Assembly: GCA_973895155.1 (NCBI GenBank)
Contig: OZ316899.1
Location: 13,705,934-13,769,933, forward strand
DNA: 64,000 nucleotides
Reading direction: 5' to 3'
DNA from: Marsupella aquatica
Taxonomy: Eukaryota > Plantae > Marchantiophyta
A program made the position numbers and the translations under genes. Below, piece by piece: positions 48,571 through 61,814 of the stretch (the stretch's first letter is position 1; each line of letters begins with the position of its first letter). The notes under the pieces are model-generated. The model was not told the origin of the DNA. It did not search any database and worked only from the letters and a program-made list of their open reading frames with translations.

Positions 48571-51500
48571 ATAACGAGTGTTTTTCCAGTTTGTTTGTAG
48601 GTTGCACTCAAACTAGCCAAGTTACCTATGTTGGTGGGAATGAGATGACCGGGCGGCACAAGAGATATGTGAAAGAAGCAAGTCAGACTTTGGCTGAGTC
48701 TAACGAGCTTGACGATGGTGAGAGTTTGGAAGGGGTTTGGTGGAAACCGGATGTGACGAGCCACTCGAGAGTGTGGTTTCTGACTTGGAATGTGGGAAGA
48801 TGGAGATAGAGTTGAGCGAGTATCAGTACTCGCTTGTCTCTAAGATTGTCCATTCGAACACAAAATACAAGACCGTTGATAAGAAAGTGAGACCCACAGC
48901 GATACCATTACCGGATAATGCGATGGAGGTGATGGAACGAGCCAAACTAGAACCAAGATTGAGACCCGAGGGTCAAATAGGGCATGTGTTTACCCAAGAG
49001 AGTCTAGCGAGGCTCAGAATTGGTTCTGATGGGCTGCTTACTGAGTTGGAATAGGAAGCATTTCAAAGGATGATTATGGAGCATGGCAAAGCTTTCTTGT
49101 TTTTGATTGATGAGATTGGTTGTGCGGATCCAAGTAAGGTGACACCAATGGTCATCTTCACTGTCCCGCATGTTCCATGGGATCTGAAGCCGATTGCCGT
49201 TCCGCGGGCTTTGGCTCCAAAGCTGGCGGAGCTATTGAAGGAAAAGCTAAGTGTTGGGATTCTTGAGAGATTGAATGCTCCATATTCAAACAGATGGTTT
49301 ACCGTTCGGAAAAAGAATGGGAGTTTGAGGTTCATTCAAGACATGCAACCGCCGAACAAAGTGACGATCAGGAACGTGGGAGTAGGACCACTTGTGGATG
49401 AATTTGCCGAGGAGTTTGCCGGAAGGGCAATCTACTCAATGGGTGATCTATTTTTGGGCCATGATCAGTTCCAATTATCGCAAGAAAGTCGGGACATAAC
49501 AACTATGAGGACTCCTTTGGGCCTCTTGCGGATGTGCACTCTTCCGCAAGGGGCAACTAACTCAGTGGCGCATATGCAGAATGCGATGAGTAAAGTTCTG
49601 GAACCGTTCATTCCAGAAAAGGCGAGACCGTTTATTGATGATGTTCCGATTAAGGGATGCTTGGATGAGGCTAAGGATGAGACCTTGAGGAGTGATGGGA
49701 TCCGGAAGTTTGTTTGGGACCACATTATTGATGTTAAGGCCATTCTTGGGAAGCTCATTGAGGTTGGACTTACTCTTTCGGGGGAGAAGTCCGAGTTTGG
49801 AATGAGAGAGGTGAAGGTTGTTGGTCAGATGTGCGGAGCTTATGGCCGGAAGCCAAACATGGATAAGGTGATGGCTATAAGTAAGATGAAGGATTGCAAG
49901 TTGGTGCCGGAGGTTCAAAGGTTTTTGGGTGCTTGTGTGTTTTACAAGATCTGGATTCCTCATTTCTTGCACCTTGCGGATCCACTCTATGAGTCGCTGA
50001 GAAAACGAGTTAAGTGGCGATGGTTACCTGAGCACAGTGAGGCAATGTCGAGGTTGAAGAGTGCTCTCATGAGCCCTCCGGTGCTTTGACCTGCAGATTA
50101 TGAGTGTGGGAGACCGCTGGTAGTTACCGTTGATGCGAGCCCATTCGCGGCTAGATGGGCTATTGGACAGGACGATGAGAAAGGCGAAAGGTATGCGATC
50201 AGATTTGGGGCAAAGATCTTTACGGAAAGACAAAGGAGATATGCCCAAGTGAAACGAGAGCTTTGGGGTGCCAAAAGTGGCACTCCATCAAGAGAGGAAT
50301 TACCTGATTGGATCTCCAGTGGTGATTGAGACCGATTGTCAATCGTTACTGGGAATGATAGCAAACTGCGATACTTCGGATATAGCGATGCTTTCATTTG
50401 GATGTTTGACCCTGAGTTGAGCCATATTGCTGGGAAGGATAACCCGGTTGTTGACATGCTCTCAAGAGCCAGGTTCAGAAATGAGGTCGAGGCTCAAGTG
50501 AGTAGGGCGGCCAGTTCTGAAACTGACGGAAAGCTAGAGTTTAAGGAAGAACTCTATTCAGGGGAGTTGCTCGATGTTGGAAGGTATATCAGTACTCTGG
50601 AGAAGCGACCAGAGTGGGATTACAAGGAGTTTGTGAGAATTTGAAAGAGGTCTTACAAGTTCCTGTTGAAGGAGGGATACCTGTGGCGAAGATCGAAGGA
50701 ACCGGGAGTGTTACTTCAAAGGGTTGTGGGAACAAAGGCTAAGAAGGACCGAATTCTCAAAGAGAGCCATGATGCGGAAGTTGCTGGACACAGAGGGGTT
50801 CAAGCAACTTATGACAGAATCAAGAACCTTTATTGGTGGCCTAGTTTGTACTTGAGCATTCGGGATTATGTGGAGACTTGTGAAGTCTGCCAGTTCTATT
50901 CGAGGATCCAACATGGAGATGGATTGGTTCCGACTTACCCGGTGGCACTACATTTTCAATGGGCAGTTGATGTGGTGTACATGCCAAGGGAAAGCAATGG
51001 GGCGAGATACTTGGTTTTGGCAAGAGAAGACTTGTCTTCTTACGTTGAAGGGAGAGCTTTGGTTACCAATACGACTGCTGCTGTTTGTCAGTTCATTTTG
51101 GAAGATATCATTGCAAGACATGGGTGTTTTACGAGGATGAGAGCTGATAGGGGGGAGCTGAGCTCCAAGAAATCTCAAGAGTTTTTCAACTAGTACCGAA
51201 TCAAGTTGAAGCTTACCTCAAGTTACAATCCGGAAGGCAATGGGAAATCTGAACGAGGTCATGTTCAGATCATTAGTGCATTGGCAAAGGCCTGTGATGT
51301 GGATCTTGGCAGGTGGTCGAGTCTTCTTCCACTTGCCTTGCTTGCTGATCGGATGACTTGCAGTTTTGTTACCGGATATGTTTGCGCTGAGTTGCTTATT
51401 GGACATTTGCCGATGATGCCTCTTGAGGAGGACATTTGTAGTTGGAGATTGATTGGTTGGAAAGATGAAGTTTTGAGAGAAGAGTTGCTGGCTCGAAGGA

Positions 51501-51960
51501 TCGAACATTTTGGGCTGTTACCTGCAAAGATCGAAGTGGCTCGAAAACAATTGAAAATGGCGCGGCTAAGGAACAAGGCAAGGTTCGATCAGACTCATTG
51601 TTTGAGGCCCGTTTTGGTTAAGGAAGGAGATTGGGTTTTGATTTACGAGAGCAAGTTGGACGAGCAACACTTGAGCCAAAACAAGTTTGCTCAAAGGTGG
51701 CAAGGTCCATATGTGGTGGTGACTGTTCACCCAAATGCTACCTATACAATTTGAGAGTTGGATGGGACTATTCACCAAGTACCTTATGCAAGGAAAAGAG
51801 TGAAAGTCTTTAAGAGGAGAACTGATAAAGGAATGGACTCAAGTTTCGACTTGAGTGAAAACAAAGATGAGGCGCTGGTCCAGGCACATTCAAAGGACTT
51901 AGACTTGGATTTGGGCAAAGAGAAGGGAGTTCAGACAGGTTCAAAAAGTTTCCTTGGAAT
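48534..51960 (+). pseudogene. pol: Gypsy C pol (RT, RNase H, integrase)
   Basis: LPQGATNS, FIDD, VDAS, HHCC finger, ADRGE, YNPEGNGKSE, WQGPY. Confidence 0.93.
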
Positions 51961-51967
51961 GGGACCA

Positions 51968-54900
51968 TTTTTATAATTTCTGGTTCCCCCGCGAAAAGCC
52001 CCACGGGGAGGGCAAACAGACAGACCAAAAGGCCAGACCAAGCGACCAAAACAAAGCCAAAAACACAGCGCACAGACACACGTGACCAGCGCATAACACG
52101 CAACCCCCCGCCCACAAAACAGTGGGTGAGGGAACATCAATCACCAACACAAGCCAAAGCGCATCATAAGAGGGCATCGTTCATTCAGATCAGCCCGGAG
52201 CCGCGGTCACCATGATCAAGCAAAAGAATTGACAGCAGTGTTGCCACTGCCCAGGCATTCCCTACGCAGGTCATCAATCCATGCCTTGGCCCGAATCAGG
52301 CGGGTCCACTTCCTGCCCGGGGGGCAGCGCCGGCTAACAGCAAACGCGTTCTCCGCTGCCTCGTTCAGAACAAGCCCTAAGTCAAACACATGTCTCCCCC
52401 CCGACTGAAACATGTGGATGTTCCTTCCCATCCAGAGTCGCCACAGAATTTGATGCAAGACAAAGATCCGAGCCACTTGAACATGCTCCTTCCCGCAGGC
52501 CGCCTCTAAAAGAGCCATCAATCCTTGTCCAATTGGCAAACCCAGACTCCGCAACAAAGCCTGACAGAGGCACCAGCAGCAGACAGCATGTGTATAGTGG
52601 AAAAACAGGTGGGGGATCGTTTCAAGCCAGCCATTACAAAGCTTGCAATCTCCATTACTAACCTCCATTCTGAGTGCACGAGCCCCTGTGAATAGGTCCC
52701 CTACAATGATCCTCCAAAAAAAGGTCTTGCCTCTAATTGGAAGATCAGACCCCCAAAGCTTGGCCCAGCACACATTCCAGCGCATCTCAGGCCAGGACAG
52801 CGACCAGATCCAATTGAGGCGGTCATGGGAAGAATTCATAGGCCTTAAGAAGTCATACACTCTACAATTCTCAATTCTGAAGTCCTTCAGTGGCTCCGAT
52901 TGATCTGTCCATCTCCATTGCTTGGCATACAAGTAGTACTCAGATTGGCAGTTATTAGCATGCCAAAGGCAATCCAAGAATGAGCGTGCCATTGTTCGAT
53001 GCTCATCAGAAAAGCCATGCATGTTGTGCCAACGTAACGGGAGGTCCTTCCAACATCCATCCTCCGTCGACCATCCATCACCAATAGACCTCAATCCCAG
53101 CCTGCCACAAATTGCAGCAATCTCTGTGATTGCCTCATTCGGAAGAGAATTAAAGCCTACCATACATCTGAGGGTATCCATGATGCTCCACCGGGAAGGC
53201 AGCCCCGTCAGGCCAGGATCAAAGGATAAGTGGGCTCTCACTAGCTCCCAGCTTCTCCAGAGACCAGTCGTGTATGGCAGCCCACTAAATGAACGAGGCG
53301 TGCACAACAGAAGCCGGTCCTGGAAGGAGTATCCATTGCGCCTAATAATCTTATAGTTCATCCAACCCATCAAGGTCAGGTTGGCTGCCAGCATCCTAGA
53401 CCATTCCGTCTCAGGCGCGTTAAGTGCCTTAGTAAACCATTGAGAGAGCAATGCATCAGAGTGACAGCAGAAGTCCCGGAATCCCAGCCCCCCCCTCCAC
53501 ACGTGGCAAAGCCATCCAATCCCAGGCCACCAGGGGGACCTTCCGTCCTCCTGTGGCATTATATCCCCATAAAAATTCTCTGCTCAAAGCAATTACCTTC
53601 TTCGCCAGGCCAACAGACGCCTTGCAATACATGACATGGTAGATCGGAATAGCAAGTAGTACCTGTTTGACCAGTAGTGAACGGCCAGTAAAGGAAAGGA
53701 GTTTGTTGGACCAAACTGAAAGCCTGGCACAAATCTTATCAAGGCAGAATTTGTGCAGTTGTTCCGTGCTCAAGCTCTCACCCAATGGTGCCCCCAGGTA
53801 TTTCTGCATCTCACCGCTTTGACTGATAAGGCAGCCCGTGTTATTCAGCCACTCAGGGATCCGATCCATTGCCAATGGAATCACCACGGATTTCTTCAGA
53901 TTCAGTTGGGCCCCACTCGCCTTCTCATAGCATTCAAGAGCAGTGGTTGCTTCCTCAAAGGTGCACTCTGTGGCCGGGACAAACATTCCAACATCATCCG
54001 CAAATAGTCTATAGCAGATAGTGAATCCAGGGGTGATCTGGAAGCCACTAAGTCTGCCCTCCGCCATCTCAGTTTCAAGAAAGTCCATAAGAGGTTGCGT
54101 GGAGATGACAAACAGCAATGGTGACAGTGGGCAGCCCTGTCTTACCCCTCGTTTAAGCTCAAATGTGTTAGATAGTAATCCGTTCACCAAGGCTCTGGAA
54201 GATGCCTGTGCCAGCAGTGCCCTGACCAGCATAGTGAAACGTCCGCAGATACCCAGTAGGTGCATGCATTCCCATAAGTAGTCATGTGAAATAGGTCAAA
54301 AGCCTTTTTCCAAAATCCAGTTTAAGGAACAATGTCTCTCTCCTTTTGTTATGGACCCAGTCCCAGGTAAGCCAGGCGAGGAAAATATTTTCAAGAATGT
54401 GTCTTCCAGGTATAAATCGAGTCTGTTGTGAGCTGATAATCATGTGTAGAATCGGTTTGAGCCGAATAGCGAGGATCTTGGCAATGAGCTTGTATATCGT
54501 ATTTAACATTGTCAAGGGGCGCCAGTCCCTTAAAAATCTTTTGTCAGGTTTCTTGGGTATGAACTTCACAATCCCTTCACAGATGCCAGCGTCCAGAGCA
54601 CTTGTAAGCCAAAACTCCTTTATCATATCCACCAGATCTTGCCCGAGAAACTCCCAGCATGCTCTGTAGACCTCAGCCGTCATGCCATCAGGTCCTGGTG
54701 TTTTGTCGCAAGGCAGAAGCCACAGCACCTCCTTCACCTCCTGGTATGACGGGAGTCTCTCCATCCTCAAAATCTCCGCTCCCAAGAGCGCAAACTGCGT
54801 GTTGCCAAGCAGTCTATCTCTGGCCACACGTACCTCTGCCAACTCCGCCACCGATTGCAGCTCAGGCGAGTATAATGTTTGGCAGAACCTTTCCACCTCC

Positions 54901-56077
54901 TTCAAGATTCCCCCAGGGTCAGATACTGTACTCCCGTCCTCCCTACTCAATGAAGGCATAGACTCACGAGATTGTTTAGCCTTCACTGTGGCAAAGAAAA
55001 ACTTTGTTGATTCGTCTCCTTCACTTAGCCACTTAATTCTGGCTAGCCGTCTTCCTCTGTGCGCTTTCTCCAGCTCAGAAGCATGTAGAGTGTCCTCCAC
55101 GTCCATGAACTCTGCAATGTCTCCCTCTGAATGGTGCTCTATAATGGCCATCTTAAGTACACGCAGCTGAGCTTGCTGCGTAGCCATCTCCATCTTAGTC
55201 GTCCTTGGTTGGGCTTGTATCTCCTTTAGTGTTTGACGCATTTTCCAGCTGCCCTTAGCAAAGCGCAGCCGCGGGTCCACAAAATCTCCCCGTCCCACCC
55301 TCCAAGCATCTTCCAACCGCAGAATGTCCTCCCTTCTTCGCAGAAACGCCGGGTTGGCCATGAGCAATCTCACTTTGCCTCTCTCCACCGTCTCTGTCAG
55401 TCCAGAGAGCCGCACATTCAGCATTACTGGATCATGATCCGAGAGGGCAAAGCCCCCGTCATGTAAGAGTTCCACCTCTCGAAGCCATTCTCCCCTTTCA
55501 CTAACGTAAATCCTGTCAAGTCGAGACTGTGACATCGCTCCATTTCGATTCCTCCTCCACGTGAAGCACGGGCCTACAGCACCTCCCCTAATGTCCCACG
55601 CGTCTGTCAAATTGAATCTCATCTTCAAAAATCTCCAAAACTCAGCCTCTCTACCTCGGATCAGCGGCGATGTACCTGTTGAGTTTGTTTTGTGTTCTGT
55701 CATATTGAAGTCGCCACACAACACCCAGTCGTTGTGTGGCAACATCACCTTAAGATCATTCCATAGCAGAGCCCTTAGTCTAGCTGAATTGGGAGCATAT
55801 ATACACACAATTCCGAATGTCACCGTTCCCTTCTCGACCACCGCCCGTACTGCCCTTCCCATATCCAGTGTTCCCGAGCCCACCACCCTCAATTCTGGGT
55901 GTACCAGAAGAGCCGTTCCTCCCCTTCCCTCGTCTAGCTCAAAAGAAAAGTGTTGATATGAAGGGAGAATAGCCCGTAGAGCCATATCAAGTCTAAATTG
56001 ATCAGTTTTAACTTCTTGTAGGGCCAGAATCCCTAGCTGTACCTTCAGAGATCTTACCCAATTCTTAACAATATGCT
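51968..56077 (-). mobile_element. L1-clade LINE, 5'-truncated, degenerate ORF2 (52216-56077)
   Basis: APE motifs LQE, IYAPN, GDFN, SRLDR, SDH; RT PGPDG, QGCPLSP, FADD, KYLG; C-terminal CKLC..HLFF finger; GT-rich 3' UTR; no TSD seen. Confidence 0.93.
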
Positions 56078-57749
56078 TACGGTTGGGCTTGCAAAGTCCA
56101 CAAACGTTCCAAGACGCTACTTTGAGCCTTTTGTTCGAAAAGTTTAAGTTCTAAAGGAAGAAAGAGGGAAACTGAAGCAGATTCTGAGTACTTGGATTTT
56201 GGATTTCTTGAAGGAGAAGTGGTCCAGGTGCATGGGATAAGTTTGAGTTCCGATTCTGGTTTAGACTTAGACAATTTTGATTAAAGTGGAGCAGACCAGA
56301 GGCTGCTCAGGTTTATTGGGGGAGAATGTCGTGACGAATCGTTTCCGTGCCGCGACCCGGAATGAGAAAGTCGGTTGGTGCTCTGTTTTTTGTGAGTTGC
56401 GAATGGTTTGGAGTCGAATCATTTTGACTTCAAGCTCGACTCCGAGAGTCGATTGGCATTCCATTTTCTGTGAGCTGCGAATGGTTTGGAGTGAAATCGT
56501 TTCAACTTCAAGCTTGACTCTGAGTGACGATTGGTGTTTTGTTTCTGATGAGTTTTGGGCATGCGGAAGCTAAGGAGTTGGGAGTTGGTTGCGATTGGAA
56601 TGCGAAGGGCTGTTGGTTTGTCTTCTGGCGACCAAGAGTCTGGCTGTTGAGTTCTGAACCCGCCTGGCGGTGACTCGTTGGGCAGGGATGCTGGTTCTGA
56701 GGTGTATTTGAGGGCTGGGCTTCAGCTCAGTCTTGTGGAGTCGATCATTTATGGTGATTTGGATTGAAGATTGGGATGCTACCGATTGTGGACCAGCAAA
56801 CCTGAGTGTTGGATCGTTGGCGATGCGAGCTAGAGATTCTGAGTTCTGAGCTTGAGCACTTGAGTAATTGGATTTCGTGGATTTTCCGACTTGATAACCT
56901 TTGAGTGGACGATAGCCCAATGGAAGATAGATAGTAGCCCGCTGAAGGGTTAGAGATCAGACTTCCACGAGTGACCCGCCCAAGGGCACCCATTGTATTG
57001 ATAACAAGATTTCCAGAAAGTAAAGTGTTTGAGTTTGGGCCCCAAATTGTGTTTGTCACTCATCTGGATCGCAGCCAGAAATAGTCCATTTTCCCGAGGT
57101 GACCCTTGCATTAAGTCCACGCGACAACGGACAATACAATTTAGCAGTGTACAAAAAGTACAGTGTAGCATATAGACTAGAGTGGCAATTGCTACTGCAA
57201 TGAAATGATCACACACAGATGTAGAGTAGACATACTTTTTGGTTTGTTGAGCCCACACTGAAAACTGATCGCCTAGTACAATAGCTCCACCTACACCTCA
57301 ATTTTGTGGGCGGCTATGATTCACCAAAGGAGATCTGCAACAAGATGTAATGCATTTGAATCACATACAATAGTCGTGACATGTAAAACAGGAATTTTTT
57401 GAACAGGAGTGGTATCAAGTAGTGTGATCAGGGTTGTAATTTTTACATCCTAAATAGGCTATGATAGTGAATGAGACAAATAAGTTAGGCATAAATCACT
57501 TTTTCCAGGTTATCACATGGCCCATTAATTCCAGTCTTTCTTTTAAGTGAGCTTGCTAGCCTCTTAAATTAGGATATCCTACTTAGTGCAGCCACAATAG
57601 GATAAGTTATGTACTGTTCACCCTAAACCCTGGACCCAAAATTGCTCATAATTCAAAATTTTAAGTAAATATCCTCTCTGTTCAAGTCAGAGTGTTAAGT
57701 TACAGGTCAATGGTCTCTGGTCTATGCATGCGGTGTGACAAGTGGTCCT

Positions 57750-58199
57750 CTAGAGCGTGTGATCCAAACATGTGTAGACACCAAAGTGACCGGTGGTGGG
57801 GTCTGGGAGGGTAGGACAAGTGACATCACCAGACACACTACAGGATGGCGAGTGGTTCCAGATGATACATTGTGCTCTGTGCAAAAACCGACATCCAAGA
57901 GAACGGTCATCCAACTCTGGGCCAGAAGCCCTACAGGCAGGACAGTCATATTGGCAACTGTGCACACACCCTTGGCACCTAATTTGTGGTGGGTCATGTA
58001 CAAGAGACACAAATACCAAGGATGTCGGGAAGGGTACTGAAGCAGGTAGAGGCCAGCTGTAGTTGTTCCTAGCAAGAACAGGGTACTCAAAGTACCATGC
58101 AGACTGGGCTGGAAGGATCCCCAGTCTGACGTACTCAAGGTGCAACATCTATGCCTTGCATGCAAGCCGCACATGTTCAGCGTTGCGGGTCCTCACCAT
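57750..58199 (-). pseudogene. Uncharacterised Cys/His protein (paralog 2), one TAG at codon 17
   Basis: MVRTRN...KA*MLH...GCVHSCQYDCPAC...CIIWNHSP; preceded by intron 58329-58490 and further leader exons. Confidence 0.7.
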
Positions 58200-59049
58200 A
58201 AGTGTTGCTTTTGTTGTGATGTCCTTTGTTCACGTCCTTTGATGAGCAAGGCGAGCAGGAGGTCGACTTGCCTTGCCCACAACAACCAACTTGCACTTAT
58301 CAGTTCCCACTCACTAAATTGGTTCCAACTACAGGTCACAGTATACACATAGCATGAAAAGTGCATAGTACATATTTGATGTTGAGTTCCTAAGACAAAG
58401 AGCATGTATAGAAAACCATGTTCTCCATGGACATGTGCATAAATCATATTTGGATCTTGTTTTTTCATCCAGAAAGATCAAAAGTCTCACCTTGCAGGTT
58501 GCAGCAAAGAGAAAACTCACTGGTTGTCGTGTTGTGCAAGTGAACCTCCACTGAGGTGGTAGAAAGCTGACAAAGCTTCAGGAAGATGTGAAAGCAAAAA
58601 ACTGCTCACAAGCTCAATTCATCCATGGCCCAGTTCAAGGCAAAACAGACTACAACATTCAGAAAGAGTCAACTCTACACTTGGTTGTCCAGATCAAAAT
58701 GTAGCACACACCCTTCGCTTGCTATCCACACTATATTGACATGATCTTTAAAGTAGGCTATCAACCGCAACACAACTCAACGTTCACAGATTTTGAGGCA
58801 ACTCAGTCTCTCACCAATAACAAATGAAGGTCGAGGTTGAGATGAGGTGAAGCGTTGGCTTACCTCCACAGCAAGGCGCCAAAGGAGCTCAACAAGGAGC
58901 TCAGCTGGCAAAGCAATATACAGCTCAATTAGCAATTCCTCCACATGCTAGGTTTGTCAATGGGAAAGCAATAACTCAACTGACAAGCAAACTACTCAAT
59001 ACATGCTGTTGAGAAGGAGCATTTTTTTTAATCTGAAACTATGTAACAG

Positions 59050-59357
59050 TGTCACGATCAAGGAGGGCTGGCCTGAAAGGGAGAAGCAACAACGTGGAGT
59101 CTATTATCAAAATCCAATAAGAACTGGATGAGGTTTAGACAGGAGTTTAGAACTTGCCAATTGAATCCCGGTCTAGACTTGTATCTGCTAGCCTGTAGTT
59201 AGCTGTGACTCCTGTAAGCTTTGTTCACAACCCTCTTAAGATATAAACAATTAGAACAAACACAAGTTGTCAAGACAGATTTCACTGGAGCAAAAAGTCC
59301 AAATCAGGTGAACAAAAACCTAACGAGAGAAAATAACAATGAAACTAAGAAGGCAGG
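59050..59357. repeat. Probable truncated LTR of another family
   Basis: TGTCACG start only. Confidence 0.35.
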
Positions 59358-61814
59358 TGTCACGTCGTCGGCTGCGGCCTTAACTCAGACTTCAGCTTAG
59401 ACGGGCACATCCCTCGTAAATCTGAGGGTTCGGGCAGGAAGGGAAGCACGTAATGCACCTTATTCTCGTAAACTAGCGCTAAGTGCGCATACTGCTAAAT
59501 ACGGACACCTCCTAGGTATGGTTTGTGTTCCGCCGCCGGAACGTACCTTAGTCGATAGCAGGATCGAACCCGGCTTAAGGGCTTCTAACCCTTCGTGCTG
59601 TCCGCCTTTGATCCGAATTCGATGATATAGGTCCTCAACCCGTGCTCGCAACCACTTACCCGCAGGCTGCACCCTGTGCACGTCTCGGGTAGTGCGTTTG
59701 GCCTGGCGCTGCCACCCATATACGAGAAACCCACACACATACACGCGCACATGCATACAATCTCGATTTACACGAAGGAAAATGATGGGAAAGGATTTTA
59801 CTACAAAGGGAACATATGCGTACACTTAGTTGACCCGACAGCCCCGGAATGAACAGGTTCAAGGCCGAGGGTGCACACTACAACGGAGCCCGGCTCCGCA
59901 CTCGCCCGGCGAGCTTAGTCCTACCCCCTCCCCTTGGTACTCTTTCATTCCCAGAGGTCGGGACTCCCCGCACATACCGCGGATGTCCAACTCTGCAACT
60001 AAAAACCCCCCCTGCCTCTACCGAGGGGTGCACTAAATACTAAGGGACGAGGGACGGGGTGTCCTCTCGCCGAAGATTCGTTGACTAAGGTCCTAACTAA
60101 GCTGACAGTCAGGCCGGAAAACGGCTGTGTCTTATTAGAAGATCCTAATCTACGCAGGCTGGACAGCATGGCAGCGCTGCTGTACCTAAGGCAGGTGCCT
60201 GTCCCAAGAGCCTGACTAAGCCAGTCCTAATCCTAATCTATTCCTACTCCGCTGCTAATGCCTGGCACGCTTGCCAGAGCCGCCCGAATGGGAGCGGCCA
60301 TCCCGCTGCCTTCAAAGCCTGTCATTGTCCGCCTTGAGGAGCTGGACCTGGTCCAGCAGAGATTCGTTCTCTCACCTCGCCGCGTCCATCTCCTCTGCTG
60401 CCTCCTGACATGCCTCCTCCAGCTGCTGGGCATCGCTCGTCAGTTTACCCGCCAGCTGGTCCTGCTTCTCGGCCTCGGTTTGGAGCCGCGCCACCTCGGC
60501 CTGCAGCGTGGCTATCTCCGCCGTGTCCCGTTGGGCCCGTTCCTCGGCCTCCTCCAGGTCTTTCTGCCAGGTGACGGTTTGATTCTTCAAACTGTCAATC
60601 TGGTTCCGGAGTCGTGTAATCTCGGCCTCGTTCCCAGCTTTGGCCTGTTCGGCTAGGGCGGTAAGAGCGTGCGCCTTTGCTAACAACTCATCGGCGGCTG
60701 CAACCTTGGGTCGTAGTTGCAGAAGCTCAGCCTCTTGAGCTGCAACTTCGTTCTTTAGGTACACGGACTCCACCCGGTACCGCTCTATCCTCTAAAGGGC
60801 CTCTGACTGGGCCCGACCTGCCTTTACTGCGGCAACCAACTCCTGATTGAAGAAACAGGCTACCTTCCGAGCCATGAACTCCCCGGTATCCCGGGCAATT
60901 TGATGAGAGAAATCTCCCAGAAGCCCGTTCAGAAATGTACCCGGTACGAAGAGTTCCGGGTGGTCCAGGTTGTGCCTGTCCGGAGTTGGGCACGGGTAGA
61001 CCTCAACACGCGCGGGGGCCGGGCCGTGACGTCCAGCCCTGGGGATGTAACGTTGGAAGGGGCTGGAGTGTCCTCCTGCAACAATGTCCGGTTCTCCGGA
61101 ATAGCCACCGATGGGTCTTTGGGAGACCCGGGCTCGGGTAAGACCTCCGTCGTACCAACTTCTGTACTTAGCCCGGCTTGTTGGGTCACATCAACGGTTG
61201 CGACAACCGACCCATCCGGTACCTCCTCGGTTACGACTACATCTACTTGTGGAGGTGGGGTGGGTGAAGCTGGCGTGTCCGCTGGACTTCGGGCCTCGGG
61301 TTGGGGCCGTCTCTCCAAGGCCGGGAAAACCCACCTAGCTGGGACCAGCTTTGTAACGTTGACACGGGGAAGGGTTCGTCGATCAAACCGGGTGTACCAC
61401 TCAAGAATGATCTCGATGTGGCTAGCAAAATACGCCTTCCCGCCAATGTACAGCGTCTTCCTTCGCCGCTCCATCTCTTCATGGAATTTCTTAGCGAAGT
61501 ACGACGCCCACTTCCTAGGTCGATAGTTCTCGACCTGGATAACCTGGGCGGCGGAGATCTCCCCCCGGGGTTCCATCATGTGGAGGGCGTACCTCTGGAA
61601 CTCCAGTCGCTCAGCTCGTAACCCGGGTGTGCGAATAGCGACCCGCCACCAGTCCAAACCTGAATTCCCTCTTATTGCCTAATGATGTCCTACCCATAAT
61701 GATTACCTAAATACTATCGTTATGCTAATAATAGCGGCCTAAGACACTCCTAACGCGCGTGCTAAGCGCAGTTAGACCGAATCACTCATTAACCGCCGTA
61801 CCGGCGGCGTCACA
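59358..61814 (-). mobile_element. Solo LTR, family B copy 3, with ~1.55 kb internal deletion and no TSD
   Basis: Close match to copy 1; deletion junction near 61615 with GCT microhomology; flanks GCAGG / CAAAC differ. Confidence 0.9.

Larger units (their letters stand above)
41625..57126 (+). mobile_element. Ty3/Gypsy element C, degenerate; hosts solo LTR B copy 2 and a LINE
   Basis: Truncated 5' LTR 41625-42275, PBS TGGCGACCATACTAGG at 42277, PPT GGGGGAGAA, 3' LTR 56327-57126 (TGTCGTG...CGCGACA). Confidence 0.95.

Noticed and set aside
57127-57131. ACGG after both Gypsy C-type 3' LTRs as a TSD
   Set aside because: The two flanks are inverted relative to each other, so this is not a duplication; two sites cannot establish a target preference.
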